A model generated the notes under the pieces. It ran no database searches, was not told the origin of the DNA, and saw only the letters and a list, made by a program, of their open reading frames with translations. A program made the position numbers and the translations under genes. Positions 35,948-47,017 of a stretch of 64,000 nt of DNA are shown here, piece by piece (position 1 is the stretch's first letter; each line of letters starts with the position of its first letter). Origin of the DNA: Nitrospirota bacterium. GTDB lineage: Bacteria; Nitrospirota; Thermodesulfovibrionia; Thermodesulfovibrionales; JdFR-86. The stretch lies in the NCBI GenBank assembly GCA_963721805.1, contig CAVRJY010000001.1:1376001-1440000 (forward strand). The letters run 5' to 3'.

Positions 35948-37804
35948 TTGCGTCTCGACGATATTAAATCCCCGGCCGATATCCGGGGGCTTCCGTACCC
36001 CGAACTGCGAGAGCTGGCCTCCCAGATCCGAACCCGGATCGTGGATGTCGTATCGCGCCACGGCGGGCACCTCGCATCGAGCCTCGGCGTGGTCGAACTC
36101 ACGATCACGCTCCACAAGGTCTTCGATACCCCTAACGACAGGATAGTCTGGGACGTCGGGCATCAGGCATACGCGCACAAAATGCTGACCGGCCGCGTCG
36201 GGCAGTTCGAGACCCTGCGCAAGCGCGGTGGGCTGTCGGGTTTTCCAAAGCGCGCCGAGAGCCCATATGACGCCTTCGATACCGGACACAGCTCGACCTC
36301 GATCTCGGCCGCAACGGGCATGATCGAGGCCCGCGACATGCTGGGCGAGGACTATAAGGTGATCGCGGTGATCGGCGACGGCGCGATGACCGCGGGGCTC
36401 GCGTTTGAGGGCCTGAACCACGCCGGACAGCTCAAGAAGGACCTTATCGTCGTGCTCAACGACAACGAGATGTCGATCTCGGAGAACGTCGGTGCGCTGT
36501 CTTCGTACCTCAACCGCATAATGACCGGTGAGACCTTCCGCCGCTTCAGGGCCCAGGGCAAGCAGATCATCGAGAGCATCCCGCGCATAGGCGGCCAGTT
36601 CGCTCGGCTCGCAGGAAAGGCCGAAGAGGGCTTTAAGGGGATGTTCCTGCCCGGCGCGCTATTTGAGGAACTCGGGTTCACATATTGCGGCCCGATCGAC
36701 GGCAACAACATAATAGCGATGGCCGAGACGTTTAAAAACATAAAGTCCGAAAAAGGCCCTGTGCTCGTCCATGTGATAACAAAAAAAGGCATGGGCTATG
36801 AGTACTCAGAGCAGAACCCATCCGCGTTCCACGGGATAGGGCCGTTTGAGCCCGAATCCGGCACCCCGCTATCGAGCGGCGTCTCATACGGAGACGTGAT
36901 GGGCGAGGCGCTCTGCGAACTCAGCCGCGAGGACAGCCGTATCGCGGCGATTACGGCCGCGATGAAAGAGGGCACCGGGCTCGGGAAGTTCGCTGCGGAG
37001 TTCCCGGAGCGCTTCTATGACGTGGGCATCGCCGAGCCGCACGCCGTGACCTTCGCGGCCGGGATGGCCGCATCGGGCGCGAGGCCGGTCGTCGCGATAT
37101 ACTCAACGTTCCTTCAGCGCTCGTATGACGAGATCATCCACGACGTCTGCCTGCAGCACCTGCCGGTCGTGTTCGCGATAGACCGCGCGGGGGTGGTCGG
37201 CGAGGACGGCCCGACTCACCACGGGGCGTTCGACCTCTCTTACCTCCGCCACATACCCGGCCTGGTGGTCATGGCCCCGAAGGACTCGTCGGAACTGAAG
37301 ACCATGCTCAGGCTCGGCCTCAGGCATAACGGGCCGGTGGCAATACGTTATCCAAGAGGCAAGGCCACGGAGCTCGGAGAGGCCATGGAATTCCGCATCG
37401 GCGAGGCCGAGGTAATCGGGGAGGGCTCGGACCTCGCGATCATCGCTATCGGCAGCACCGTGGGCCCGGCGATAAGCGCGATGCGCTCGCTCGAGGCAGA
37501 CGGCATCCGCACTACGGTAGTAAACCTCCGCACTCTCAAGCCCCTCGATGCAAACGTGCTGCGCGACATCGCGGCGCGCTTCGAGCGGATCATCACGGTC
37601 GAGGAGAACTCCCTCCAAGGCGGCATGGGCAGCGCGGTGGCCGAGTTTTATTGCTCGGAGGGACTTGTGCATGGCATGACGCTCCGCTCGCTCGGCATCC
37701 CGGACAAGTTCGTCGAACAGGGTACGCAATCAGAACTCAGGGCCATGCTCGGCATCGACGCAGAGGGCATAGCCTTTGCCGCGCGCGCGCTTCTTCAGCC
37801 TTAA
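35948..37804 (+). CDS. dxs: 1-deoxy-D-xylulose-5-phosphate synthase (TTG start)
   Basis: GGHLASSLG, WDVGHQAY.HK, GDGAMTAG, DRAGVVGEDGPTH, IRYPRG. Confidence 0.97.
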   Translation: MRLDDIKSPADIRGLPYPELRELASQIRTRIVDVVSRHGGHLASSLGVVELTITLHKVFDTPNDRIVWDVGHQAYAHKMLTGRVGQFETLRKRGGLSGFPKRAESPYDAFDTGHSSTSISAATGMIEARDMLGEDYKVIAVIGDGAMTAGLAFEGLNHAGQLKKDLIVVLNDNEMSISENVGALSSYLNRIMTGETFRRFRAQGKQIIESIPRIGGQFARLAGKAEEGFKGMFLPGALFEELGFTYCGPIDGNNIIAMAETFKNIKSEKGPVLVHVITKKGMGYEYSEQNPSAFHGIGPFEPESGTPLSSGVSYGDVMGEALCELSREDSRIAAITAAMKEGTGLGKFAAEFPERFYDVGIAEPHAVTFAAGMAASGARPVVAIYSTFLQRSYDEIIHDVCLQHLPVVFAIDRAGVVGEDGPTHHGAFDLSYLRHIPGLVVMAPKDSSELKTMLRLGLRHNGPVAIRYPRGKATELGEAMEFRIGEAEVIGEGSDLAIIAIGSTVGPAISAMRSLEADGIRTTVVNLRTLKPLDANVLRDIAARFERIITVEENSLQGGMGSAVAEFYCSEGLVHGMTLRSLGIPDKFVEQGTQSELRAMLGIDAEGIAFAARALLQP

Positions 37805-37916
37805 GGGTTCACGTACTCCTACTATTATATGGTGGAACAAACTCCCTCCGCCTCTCTAAAGAGCGGGCCAGCCGGCCCCACTTGTCCTTGACGGGATCTT
37901 CCTGCATAATAACCGC

Positions 37917-38663
37917 ATGCCCAGTAATATTACTAAAGAGAGGCTCGACAAGCTGCTCGTAGACCGCGGGCTGATCCAGAGCCGCGAGCGGGCGCGCTCG
38001 ATGATCATGGAAGGCAAGGTGCTCGTAGACGGCATCCCCGCTGCCAAGGCCGGCTCGATGGTCCAGGCCGATGCCACGGTTAAACTCAGGGGCGAGGACA
38101 TCCCTTACGTCAGCCGGGGCGGGCTCAAGCTCGAAGCCGCGGTGGACACGTTCGGGATCTCTCTAGAGGGCAGGGTCGCGATGGACGTCGGGGCCTCGAC
38201 CGGCGGGTTTACGGACCTTATGCTCAAGCGCGGGGCCGCACGGGTATACGCGGTGGACGTTGGATACGGGCAGTTCGACTGGGGGCTCAGAAACGACCCG
38301 CGCGTCGTGCTCATTGAGCGCATGAACATCCGTCATATGCCCGCCGAGGCCCTGCCCGAGAAGGTGGGGTTCGTCGCGATAGACGTCTCGTTCATATCGC
38401 TTTTGAAGGTGATGCCGACGGTCCTTGAGCTGATGGCCGCTGGCGCCGAGGCCGTGGCGCTCATCAAGCCGCAGTTCGAGGCCGGACGCGAGGGCGTAGG
38501 CAAGGGCGGCATCGTGCGCGACGACGGGGTCCGCGCGCAGGCGGTAGCCATGGTGCGAGACGGGCTGGCCGGGCTCGGCCTTGAGGTGCTGGGGCTCATG
38601 GAATCCCCGGTGAGGGGACAAAAGGGTAACATAGAGTATCTGATCCATCTCAGGAAGGCGTGA
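37917..38663 (+). CDS. tlyA: TlyA family rRNA 2'-O-methyltransferase
   Basis: S4 domain RLDKLL, YVSRGGLKL, DVGASTGGFT, DVSFIS, KPQFE, GNIEY. Confidence 0.94.
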   Translation: MPSNITKERLDKLLVDRGLIQSRERARSMIMEGKVLVDGIPAAKAGSMVQADATVKLRGEDIPYVSRGGLKLEAAVDTFGISLEGRVAMDVGASTGGFTDLMLKRGAARVYAVDVGYGQFDWGLRNDPRVVLIERMNIRHMPAEALPEKVGFVAIDVSFISLLKVMPTVLELMAAGAEAVALIKPQFEAGREGVGKGGIVRDDGVRAQAVAMVRDGLAGLGLEVLGLMESPVRGQKGNIEYLIHLRKA

Positions 38664-38669
38664 GGGTAT

Positions 38670-39350
38670 ATGGACGAACTTGTCGCGATTGAATTCGACC
38701 TTGCGATGGCCTCGCATGAGGCCATCGAGCTGTTTTTGGAGCAGGCCGAGGACGATAGTTTTTACATGGACATACTCACTGAGTGCAGGACGCGGCCCGA
38801 TGCCCTGAAAATTATCATGGACCACCCTAAAACGCCGGAGGACATCAGGGTGCTCGCGGCCAAGGCCCTTGGGCTTGAGGCCCCGCAGCCGCGCGTCCAT
38901 GCGGCCCATGCCAAGCCGCCGGTCTCTGAGGAGGAGAAGCGCCAGAGCCTCGTCAAGCAGATCTCGATGCTCTCGATATCCCAGCGTATCCGCCTGGCCC
39001 AGAAGGGCGGCAGCCAGGCCAGAAACGTGCTAAAAACCGATTCTAACAAGCTGGTCATCATGGCCGTGCTGCATAACCCCAAGATCACCGACTCCGAGAT
39101 CGAGAGCATGGCCAGAAACCGCTCGATCCTCGAAGACGCCCTCCGGGTGATAGGGAAGAGCAAGGAGTGGATGAAGAACTACAGCGTCAAGCTCGCGCTG
39201 GTCACTAACCCGAAGACCCCGATAGGCATCTCAATGCCCTTTGTGGCAACCCTGAAAAAGAAGGACCTGGAGCAGCTTGAGAAGAACAAGAATGTGCCGG
39301 AGGGCGTGCGTTCAGTTGCGAAAAAAATGATAAAAGGGGTGAAAGACTAA
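38670..39350 (+). CDS. Conserved hypothetical helical-repeat protein
   Basis: 226-aa ORF with RBS; recurring (H/N)PK(T/I) motifs; function unknown. Confidence 0.7.
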   Translation: MDELVAIEFDLAMASHEAIELFLEQAEDDSFYMDILTECRTRPDALKIIMDHPKTPEDIRVLAAKALGLEAPQPRVHAAHAKPPVSEEEKRQSLVKQISMLSISQRIRLAQKGGSQARNVLKTDSNKLVIMAVLHNPKITDSEIESMARNRSILEDALRVIGKSKEWMKNYSVKLALVTNPKTPIGISMPFVATLKKKDLEQLEKNKNVPEGVRSVAKKMIKGVKD

Positions 39351-40066
39351 GCCCGCTGCCGGGCGGCCCTCCGGTCGCGGACGAACAGGTATGAGTTTTC
39401 GACCAGTCCGACGATCAGGTACAGCATCGAGAGGCTGAAGATCATTATCGCGGGGTGCATCAGCACGAGCGCGAACAGCACGACCACTACCACGAGCAGC
39501 CAGAACGGCTTGCGTTTTTTCATGTCTATTTCCTTGAGCCCGTGGAACCTCAGCGTGCTGACCATCAACAGCGCCACCACGGCCGTCTGCACGAGTATGA
39601 GCAAGTTTTTCTGGTAATCCCATCCTGCATCCGTATAGCAGAGCACCGTAGCCGCGCATATCCATGCGCCGGCCGGGATCGGCATGCCTGTGAAGGACTT
39701 CCGCTCCGTCGTGCCCATCTGGATGTTGAAGCGCGCGAGCCTCATCGCCCCGCATGCGGCGTAGAGGAACGTCACCGCCAGGCCGATGTCTTTAAACGGC
39801 CCGAGCGACCACTGATAGAGCATAACCGCCGGAGCAACGCCGAAGGCAATCGAGTCCGAGAGGGAATCGAGCTCTATACCGAACTTTGAGGTGCTGTTCG
39901 TGAAGCGGGCGACCCAGCCGTCGAGGGCGTCAAAGACGCTGGCGATGATGATGGCCCATGCGGCGCGCGTGAAGTGGCCCTCGGTGGAAGTCATGATCGC
40001 GTAAAAACCGAAGAACATCCCGCAGAGCGTGATGCTGTTGGGCAGGATGTATATTCCCTTTTTCAC
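39347..40066 (-). CDS. pssA: CDP-diacylglycerol--serine O-phosphatidyltransferase
   Basis: LPN.IT, DALDGWVAR...FGIELDSLSD, RLARFN, F.GMPIP. Confidence 0.93.
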   Translation of the reverse strand: MKKGIYILPNSITLCGMFFGFYAIMTSTEGHFTRAAWAIIIASVFDALDGWVARFTNSTSKFGIELDSLSDSIAFGVAPAVMLYQWSLGPFKDIGLAVTFLYAACGAMRLARFNIQMGTTERKSFTGMPIPAGAWICAATVLCYTDAGWDYQKNLLILVQTAVVALLMVSTLRFHGLKEIDMKKRKPFWLLVVVVVLFALVLMHPAIMIFSLSMLYLIVGLVENSYLFVRDRRAARQRA

Positions 40067-40714
40067 CTAAACCGCCCCCGCCGCGAGTACCGTCTCACCG
40101 GCCTTCACCATCTCATCGAGCTTCACCTTGACGTCCGCGTCCGGCGGCAGGTAGATGTCGACGCGGGAGCTGAACTTGATCATCCCGTAACGCTCGCCGC
40201 GCCTCAGGCTGTCTCCGGGCTTAACGCGGCAGACCGCCCGCCTTGCGACGAACCCCGCTATCTGGCGCAGCAGGATGTCCTTGCCGCCGGAGCACTTATA
40301 GACCATGGCGATGTTCTCGTTCCGAAGCGAGGCCTCCTCTTTGTATGCCGCGCTGAAGCCTCCGGGGGTGTGCTTGACCGAGACCACGGTGCCGTCGCAC
40401 GGTATGCGGTTTACGTGTACGTTAAGCGGCGACATGAATATGCTTATCTTCGTCGAATCGGCCTTGAGGTACTCGTCCTCGCGCGTGCGCTTGATGACGA
40501 TGATCCTGCCGTCGGCCGGGCTGAGGTAGCCCGGCCCGGCAGGAGCGGATCTCTCTGGGTCGCGGAAGAAATACAGCATGAACAGCGTGATCGCAAGCAT
40601 CAGCGCAAAGGGGACCATGGTGACATTCATGCTGGCCGCGACAAGTGCGGCTATCGCGGTCAGCGCCATGAATACCGCTATGAACGGATACCCCTCGGGC
40701 GCGAATTTCAGCAT
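40067..40714 (-). CDS. psd: Phosphatidylserine decarboxylase proenzyme (short type)
   Basis: FFRDPER, SPADG, FMSPLNVHVNR, NE, QIAG, IKFSSRVD cleavage region. Confidence 0.92.
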   Translation of the reverse strand: MLKFAPEGYPFIAVFMALTAIAALVAASMNVTMVPFALMLAITLFMLYFFRDPERSAPAGPGYLSPADGRIIVIKRTREDEYLKADSTKISIFMSPLNVHVNRIPCDGTVVSVKHTPGGFSAAYKEEASLRNENIAMVYKCSGGKDILLRQIAGFVARRAVCRVKPGDSLRRGERYGMIKFSSRVDIYLPPDADVKVKLDEMVKAGETVLAAGAV

Positions 40715-40717
40715 GCG

Positions 40718-41764
<1,047 letters not shown>

Positions 41765-41914
41765 TTAGATTAACCGTATGGCTCAAATTATAGTATAAAT
41801 ACCTATGTCATTGCCAAACCTTAGTTAATTGCGCGCCTAAGTGCATTGACCCTGGGAATGTATTTTCGATATAATAAGTATTGCGAATGTTTTTTAAGCG
41901 GGAGGTTACGCGCA

Positions 41915-42202
41915 ATGCCTATATATGAGTACAGATGCGATAGCTGCGGAAAAGTCCACGAAATACTGCAAAAATTCAGCGACGAGCCCCTCAAGGAGTG
42001 TCCGGACTGCAAGGGCTGTCTCTCGAAGCTCATATCCAACACGTCGTTCGTATTGAAGGGATCAGGCTGGTATGCCGACGGCTACAGCTCGACCTCGAAC
42101 AAGTGCTCGGCGTCTTGCGCGGCGCCTGATCCGGCCCCAAAGGCCGAGGCCGCGAAGCCGGATGCCTCGAAGCCCTCTGCCAAGAAAGAGGCCGCTGCCT
42201 GA
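41915..42202 (+). CDS. FmdB-family zinc-ribbon protein
   Basis: MPIYEYRCDSC...CPDC...FVLKGSGWY; GGAGG RBS. Confidence 0.9.
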   Translation: MPIYEYRCDSCGKVHEILQKFSDEPLKECPDCKGCLSKLISNTSFVLKGSGWYADGYSSTSNKCSASCAAPDPAPKAEAAKPDASKPSAKKEAAA

Positions 42203-42978
42203 GCCACGGCGTAAGGCCGCACGCGAGCGTCCCGTACCCGCTCCTTTTCGATCACCTCGATTTCATCCGTCAAAATGACATCAGCCCCGAGATTTATTTC
42301 AGCTCCGATACGCTCGACGATTTCGGCCCTGACAAGCTAGATGCGCTGAAGGGCATGTTCGGCACCGGCAGGCTGGCCTGTTCGGTACACGGCCCGTTTA
42401 TGGACCTCTGCGCGGGCGCCGTCGACAGGAAGGTGCGCGCGGTGACGGTCGAAAGGTTCACCCGCGCGCTGGATATAGCCTCGGCGCTCAAGGCGCGCTC
42501 GGTCGTCCTGCACTCGGGCTACGAGCACTGGAAGTTCGACCACAAGATCGACAAATGGCTCGAAGGGTCGCTCGAGACCTGGCCCCCTCTGATTGAACTC
42601 GCACGCAAGGGCGGCACGCGCATCGCTGTCGAGAACATCTTTGAATGGGGGCCGGACCCGCTGGCCGCGCTGATGGGGCGGCTTGGATGCAAGCACTTCG
42701 GCGTCTGTTTCGATATCGGGCATTACAACCTGTTTACGAAGAAACCTTTATCTTTTTGGCTCGATGAGCTTGCCCCGCATATCACGCAGCTGCACCTGCA
42801 TGACAACCACGGGGACATCGACGCTCACCTCGCGATGGGGGAGGGCTCGATCAGGTACGAGGAGCTGTTTGCGCGCCTGCGGGGCCGCGGGCTGCTCTAT
42901 ACGATCGAGGCCAGATCGTACGCCGCGGTGCTCAAAAGCAGAAACATGATCAACGAACTGCTGGGGCAGTCGGCCTGA
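42199..42978 (+). CDS. Sugar-phosphate isomerase/epimerase (AP endonuclease 2 TIM-barrel) family protein; probable CTG start
   Basis: SVHGPF.DL, AVEN, CFDIGH, LHLHDN.G..DAHL. The frame is open and protein-like for 52 codons upstream of the first ATG. Confidence 0.8.
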   Translation: MSHGVRPHASVPYPLLFDHLDFIRQNDISPEIYFSSDTLDDFGPDKLDALKGMFGTGRLACSVHGPFMDLCAGAVDRKVRAVTVERFTRALDIASALKARSVVLHSGYEHWKFDHKIDKWLEGSLETWPPLIELARKGGTRIAVENIFEWGPDPLAALMGRLGCKHFGVCFDIGHYNLFTKKPLSFWLDELAPHITQLHLHDNHGDIDAHLAMGEGSIRYEELFARLRGRGLLYTIEARSYAAVLKSRNMINELLGQSA

Positions 42979-43037
42979 GCAGCCAGCGCCGCCAGGATGT
43001 ACGGTAATTCGCCGGGCGCTGTGTTAGTATATACCCC

Positions 43038-45083
43038 ATGAGGCTCCGCATCGCCCTTCTGATCATATTTCTGCTGGTTGCGAGCGTTATCGTCACGCTG
43101 AACGTCTTTTTTTCCCAGGCATACCAGACCGAGATGGCCGAAGAGGTCAGCAAGCAGCAGCTGGAGCACGTTAGGAGCATAGCCCAGGGCGTAGGCAATA
43201 TCCTGGACGACTATGCGCTCTTCGCCTCATACCTTGCCGAGGTCGCAACCGAGGACAAGCCCAGGACCGACGTCCTCATCGAATACGCCCGGAGGATCGG
43301 CCACGGCGGAATCGGTATCAGCATCTATCTGGTCTCGGCAAAGGGTGAGGTGTACTTCGGCACGGACAGGACCCCTCCCTCGCAGGAGCTTTTACTGAGG
43401 CTCAACGAGCTGGCCGCCCATAGCGGCAAGGGCAAGACGGTCATGGACAGCTCGGCCACCGGAAACGGCAAGCTGCTGATAATATCCCCCCTTATATCCA
43501 AAAGCGGAGTGCATGAAGGCTTCGCCCTGCTGAGCCTCAGCATCGCCGACATCCACAACACCTATCTCTCGCAGATCAGGATCGGCTCGCGCGGCTATGC
43601 CTGGAGCATGGACTCCCGCGGCACGCTCCTTTATCATCCCACGAAGCCCACGATGGTCGGCTCTAACATCTTCCACCACGGCCGGGAATGCTACGCCTGC
43701 CACCAGTCGTTCCGCACCGAGGAGGAGATCGTCGCATCCCGCGACACCGGGTACCGCTCATACATATCGCCTTACGGCGAGGACAAGCTGCTGTCGTTCG
43801 TACGCGTGCCCGAGACCGGGTGGATCATATGCCTCTCGGTGCCGAAGTCCGAGGTCACCGGAGAACTAAGGAAAAGCTCGAAGCTGCACTCTATGCTCGC
43901 CGTCGCGATCTTCCTTTTGATGGTGCTCGGCGCTGGGGTGGTTCTAATATTCGACCGCGTCCGGCTCAGGGCCGAATCACGCGCAAAGCTCAACGAGAAG
44001 TTCGCGGAATACGCCAAGCAGCTCGAGCATACGGTCTCGGAGCGCACCCACGAGCTCCAGAGCGAGAAGGAGAAGATTACGGCCGTGCTCAGCGCAATCG
44101 AGGCCGGCATCACGATCTTCGACGAGGAATACGACTGTGTATGGATGAACCGCGTCATGGGCGATTGGCTCGGCGGCAGCGACGTCTCGGATTCGGTCAT
44201 ATTCGAGAGGATATACGGCCCGATCGAGTCCACCCGGATACTGTGCGACGCGATCATCGACGACATGAAGGCCGAGAAGATCGCGTGGCTGGACCTCGGC
44301 AAGAAACAGGGCTACTTCCACATGATGACCAAGCCCTTCCACGCCCCGTCCGGCGCCTGCCAGATAATGCTCATCATACAGGACGTGACGGCCATCAAAA
44401 AGGCCGAGGAGCAGCTCCAGCAGACCGAGAAGCTGATCGCTCTCTCGAGGCTCTCGGCCGGCCTGGCCCACGAGATCGGCAATCCGCTGACAGCCATATC
44501 GTCCTACATACAGATACTCTCAAGTTACGCCACGGACGATTTCAGCCGCGAGGCCCTGGCCACTATCTCAAAGAACCTCAGCCGGATCGAGGGCATCATC
44601 AGGAAGATGTCGGACTTCTCGCGCACGCGCATGCACGAGAGGGACTTCTACAAGATCCCGGACCTGCTTGCGTCCACCACCGACCTGCTGCGCTATGACA
44701 AGCGGATGAAGAACATCCAGATAACCGAGGACGTCCCCGAGGGGCTGCCTCGGGTGTTCGTCGACGGAAACCAGCTGGTGCAGATATTCCTGAACCTGTT
44801 TTTCAACGCGGCCGACGCGATGAAAGGCGAGGGCCGCATAGACGTATCGGTCAGGACAGAGGGCCGCAATGTGATGATAGAGTTCGCCGACAACGGCTCG
44901 GGCATATCCCCCGAACATATGGACAGGATTTTCGAGCCGTTTTATACTACCAAGGAAGACGGCGTGGGGCTCGGCCTCGCGGTATGCATGAACATCATAA
45001 AAGGCTTCGGCGGGGACATCCTCGTCCGAAGCGAAGAGGGGAAGGGCGCGGCGTTCACCGTCGTGCTGCCGGCGCATGAGTAA
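43038..45083 (+). CDS. Sensor histidine kinase with a Cache-like periplasmic domain carrying CxxCH, then a PAS-like domain and HisKA/HATPase
   Basis: Two TMs; GYAW...G..LYHP Cache motif; CYACH; LAHEIGNPL; NAADA; DNGSGI; GVGLGL. Confidence 0.9.
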   Translation: MRLRIALLIIFLLVASVIVTLNVFFSQAYQTEMAEEVSKQQLEHVRSIAQGVGNILDDYALFASYLAEVATEDKPRTDVLIEYARRIGHGGIGISIYLVSAKGEVYFGTDRTPPSQELLLRLNELAAHSGKGKTVMDSSATGNGKLLIISPLISKSGVHEGFALLSLSIADIHNTYLSQIRIGSRGYAWSMDSRGTLLYHPTKPTMVGSNIFHHGRECYACHQSFRTEEEIVASRDTGYRSYISPYGEDKLLSFVRVPETGWIICLSVPKSEVTGELRKSSKLHSMLAVAIFLLMVLGAGVVLIFDRVRLRAESRAKLNEKFAEYAKQLEHTVSERTHELQSEKEKITAVLSAIEAGITIFDEEYDCVWMNRVMGDWLGGSDVSDSVIFERIYGPIESTRILCDAIIDDMKAEKIAWLDLGKKQGYFHMMTKPFHAPSGACQIMLIIQDVTAIKKAEEQLQQTEKLIALSRLSAGLAHEIGNPLTAISSYIQILSSYATDDFSREALATISKNLSRIEGIIRKMSDFSRTRMHERDFYKIPDLLASTTDLLRYDKRMKNIQITEDVPEGLPRVFVDGNQLVQIFLNLFFNAADAMKGEGRIDVSVRTEGRNVMIEFADNGSGISPEHMDRIFEPFYTTKEDGVGLGLAVCMNIIKGFGGDILVRSEEGKGAAFTVVLPAHE

Positions 45084-46455
45084 CGAGATAAAAAACTCAA
45101 TCCTGGTCGTAGACGACGAGGAGGACATAGGCAGGGTCCTGGGCTTCCTACTGAAGCAGAAGGGCTACGAGGTCCAGGTCGTACACAGCGGCGAGGAGGC
45201 GATCGAGATAATCTCGAAACGGACGCTTGACCTCGTCATTACCGACATCCGCATGCTCGGCATGGACGGCATCGAGCTCCTGAGGCGCTGCCGGGACATC
45301 TCGCCCTCGACCGCGGTGATCATCATGACCGCGCACGCCTCGCTCGGCACCGCAGTGGAGGCGATACGCCTGGGGGCCGCGGACTATATCGAAAAGCCCT
45401 TCATAAACGACGAGATGCTCGATACCGTCTCGGTCGTGCTGCAGCGGCAGAGGGAAAAACGCACGGTACTCGCCGCGCCGGACATCGGACAGGCAGGCAA
45501 GGGTTTCATCGGCTCCTCCCCCAGGATAAGGGAGGTGCTGACCGTGGTCGAGAAGGTCGCCCCTACGAGGAGCAATGTCCTCATACTTGGCGAGAGCGGC
45601 ACCGGCAAGGGCATGCTCGCCGAACTCATACACGCCAACAGCCCGCGAAAAGACAAGGCGTTTTTGTCGATCAACTGCTCGGCCATCCCGGACACGCTGC
45701 TCGAAAGCGAACTGTTCGGCTACCGCAAGGGCGCCTTCACCGGCGCGGGCGCCGACAAGATGGGGCTGATCGTCACGGCCGACGGCGGCACGCTGTTTTT
45801 GGACGAGATCGGCGACATGCCGGTCGGGACCCAGTCGAAGCTCCTGCAGGTGATCGAGAGCGGCAAGCTCATCCCGCTTGGGGATACGAAGCCCAGGAGC
45901 GTGGACGTGAGGATAGTGGCCGCCACAAACCGCGACTTGGAAGAGCGGGTGAAGCAGGGCCACTTCCGAGAGGACCTATTCTATCGCCTCGACGTAATAG
46001 AGCTCAGCATGCCGCCGCTCAGGGCGCGCACCGAGGACATCGAGCCTCTCATGAGCCACTTCCTCGCCCAGTTCGCCGCCCAGCACAAGAAGGCTATAAC
46101 CGGGTTCGCCGATGACGCGCTCTCGGTGCTGCATTCCTACGGCTGGCCCGGAAACGTGCGCGAACTAAGAAACGTGGTCGAGCGCTCGGTGCTGCTGTGC
46201 GAAAGCCCCGTAATCGCCGCGGAGCACCTGCCTGAAAAGCTCCGCAGGAGCACGGCCTCGTCAGACCCGGTGCGCGCCGCCGCCGGGGGGTCATTGAGGG
46301 ATTCGGTCTCGCTCTATGAGCGCGGCATGATCATCGATACCCTGAACCGTCACGGCTGGGACAAGGACGCCGCTGCGCACGAGCTAGGGGTGGACCTCGC
46401 GACGCTCTACAGGAAGATGAAAAAGCTCCAGATCGAGCCGCCGCTTAAGCATTAA
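45076..46455 (+). CDS. Sigma54-dependent NtrC-family response regulator
   Basis: REC (VVDDE, TDIRM), [33 protein letters not shown], Fis-type HTH. Confidence 0.95.
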   Translation: MSNEIKNSILVVDDEEDIGRVLGFLLKQKGYEVQVVHSGEEAIEIISKRTLDLVITDIRMLGMDGIELLRRCRDISPSTAVIIMTAHASLGTAVEAIRLGAADYIEKPFINDEMLDTVSVVLQRQREKRTVLAAPDIGQAGKGFIGSSPRIREVLTVVEKVAPTRSNVLILGESGTGKGMLAELIHANSPRKDKAFLSINCSAIPDTLLESELFGYRKGAFTGAGADKMGLIVTADGGTLFLDEIGDMPVGTQSKLLQVIESGKLIPLGDTKPRSVDVRIVAATNRDLEERVKQGHFREDLFYRLDVIELSMPPLRARTEDIEPLMSHFLAQFAAQHKKAITGFADDALSVLHSYGWPGNVRELRNVVERSVLLCESPVIAAEHLPEKLRRSTASSDPVRAAAGGSLRDSVSLYERGMIIDTLNRHGWDKDAAAHELGVDLATLYRKMKKLQIEPPLKH

Positions 46456-46469
46456 AGGAACCTTGAAGT

Positions 46470-46520
46470 AAAAGCCGGGCCGGAGAGAGAGGATCCCGAA
46501 ATCCGTCTCTCCGGCCCGCT
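46470..46520. terminator. Hairpin between convergent operons; probable terminator for the minus-strand operon
   Basis: GGGCCGGAGAGA / TCTCTCCGGCCC stem preceded by AAAA. Confidence 0.55.
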
Positions 46521-46556
46521 CAGCACGCCGCGTGGCGCGCGGCATGCGGGGGAAGC

Positions 46557-46961
46557 TCAGTGGTGCTCGCCGCCTTCGGCCGAAGCCTTTTGCGAGTTCA
46601 TCGCGTCATAGCCCTTGACGCCCGCATGGCAGATCGCGCAGTGGGTCTCGGAACTGAAGGCCATGCTGCCGTTGTGGCAGCTGCCGCAGTACTTGCCCTT
46701 CGAGAGGGACTCCATCGTGAAGTCGCCTTTTTTCTGGGCGGTGAGCGCTGCCATCTCAAAGGTGCCCGAGTGGCACGCCTCGCATCCGAGCTTCAGCGTC
46801 TCGACATGGTAGGCGTGGCTGAAGATTACCGATTTGACCGGCTCGGTAAACATGATCTCCCCTCCGCCCACGCTCTCCGACGCCCTCGCGTTGAGGACCC
46901 CGAGGGCAAGCAGCAGGAGCCCCATCAGTGCGCCGGCCACTATCCAAATGTAACGGTCCAT
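46557..46961 (-). CDS. Periplasmic c7-type triheme cytochrome c (alternative start 46994)
   Basis: Signal peptide; FSHAYH; CEACH, CGSCH, CAICH. Confidence 0.88.
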   Translation of the reverse strand: MDRYIWIVAGALMGLLLLALGVLNARASESVGGGEIMFTEPVKSVIFSHAYHVETLKLGCEACHSGTFEMAALTAQKKGDFTMESLSKGKYCGSCHNGSMAFSSETHCAICHAGVKGYDAMNSQKASAEGGEHH

Positions 46962-47017
46962 CCCTATCCCTCCGGTTATGCCGTAAGCCTTCATGGCGCT
47001 ATTATCCCCTTTCCTTG

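Noticed and set aside
37917..38663. tlyA as a hemolysin or virulence factor
   Set aside because: Standard ispA-dxs-tlyA housekeeping context with rRNA methyltransferase motifs.
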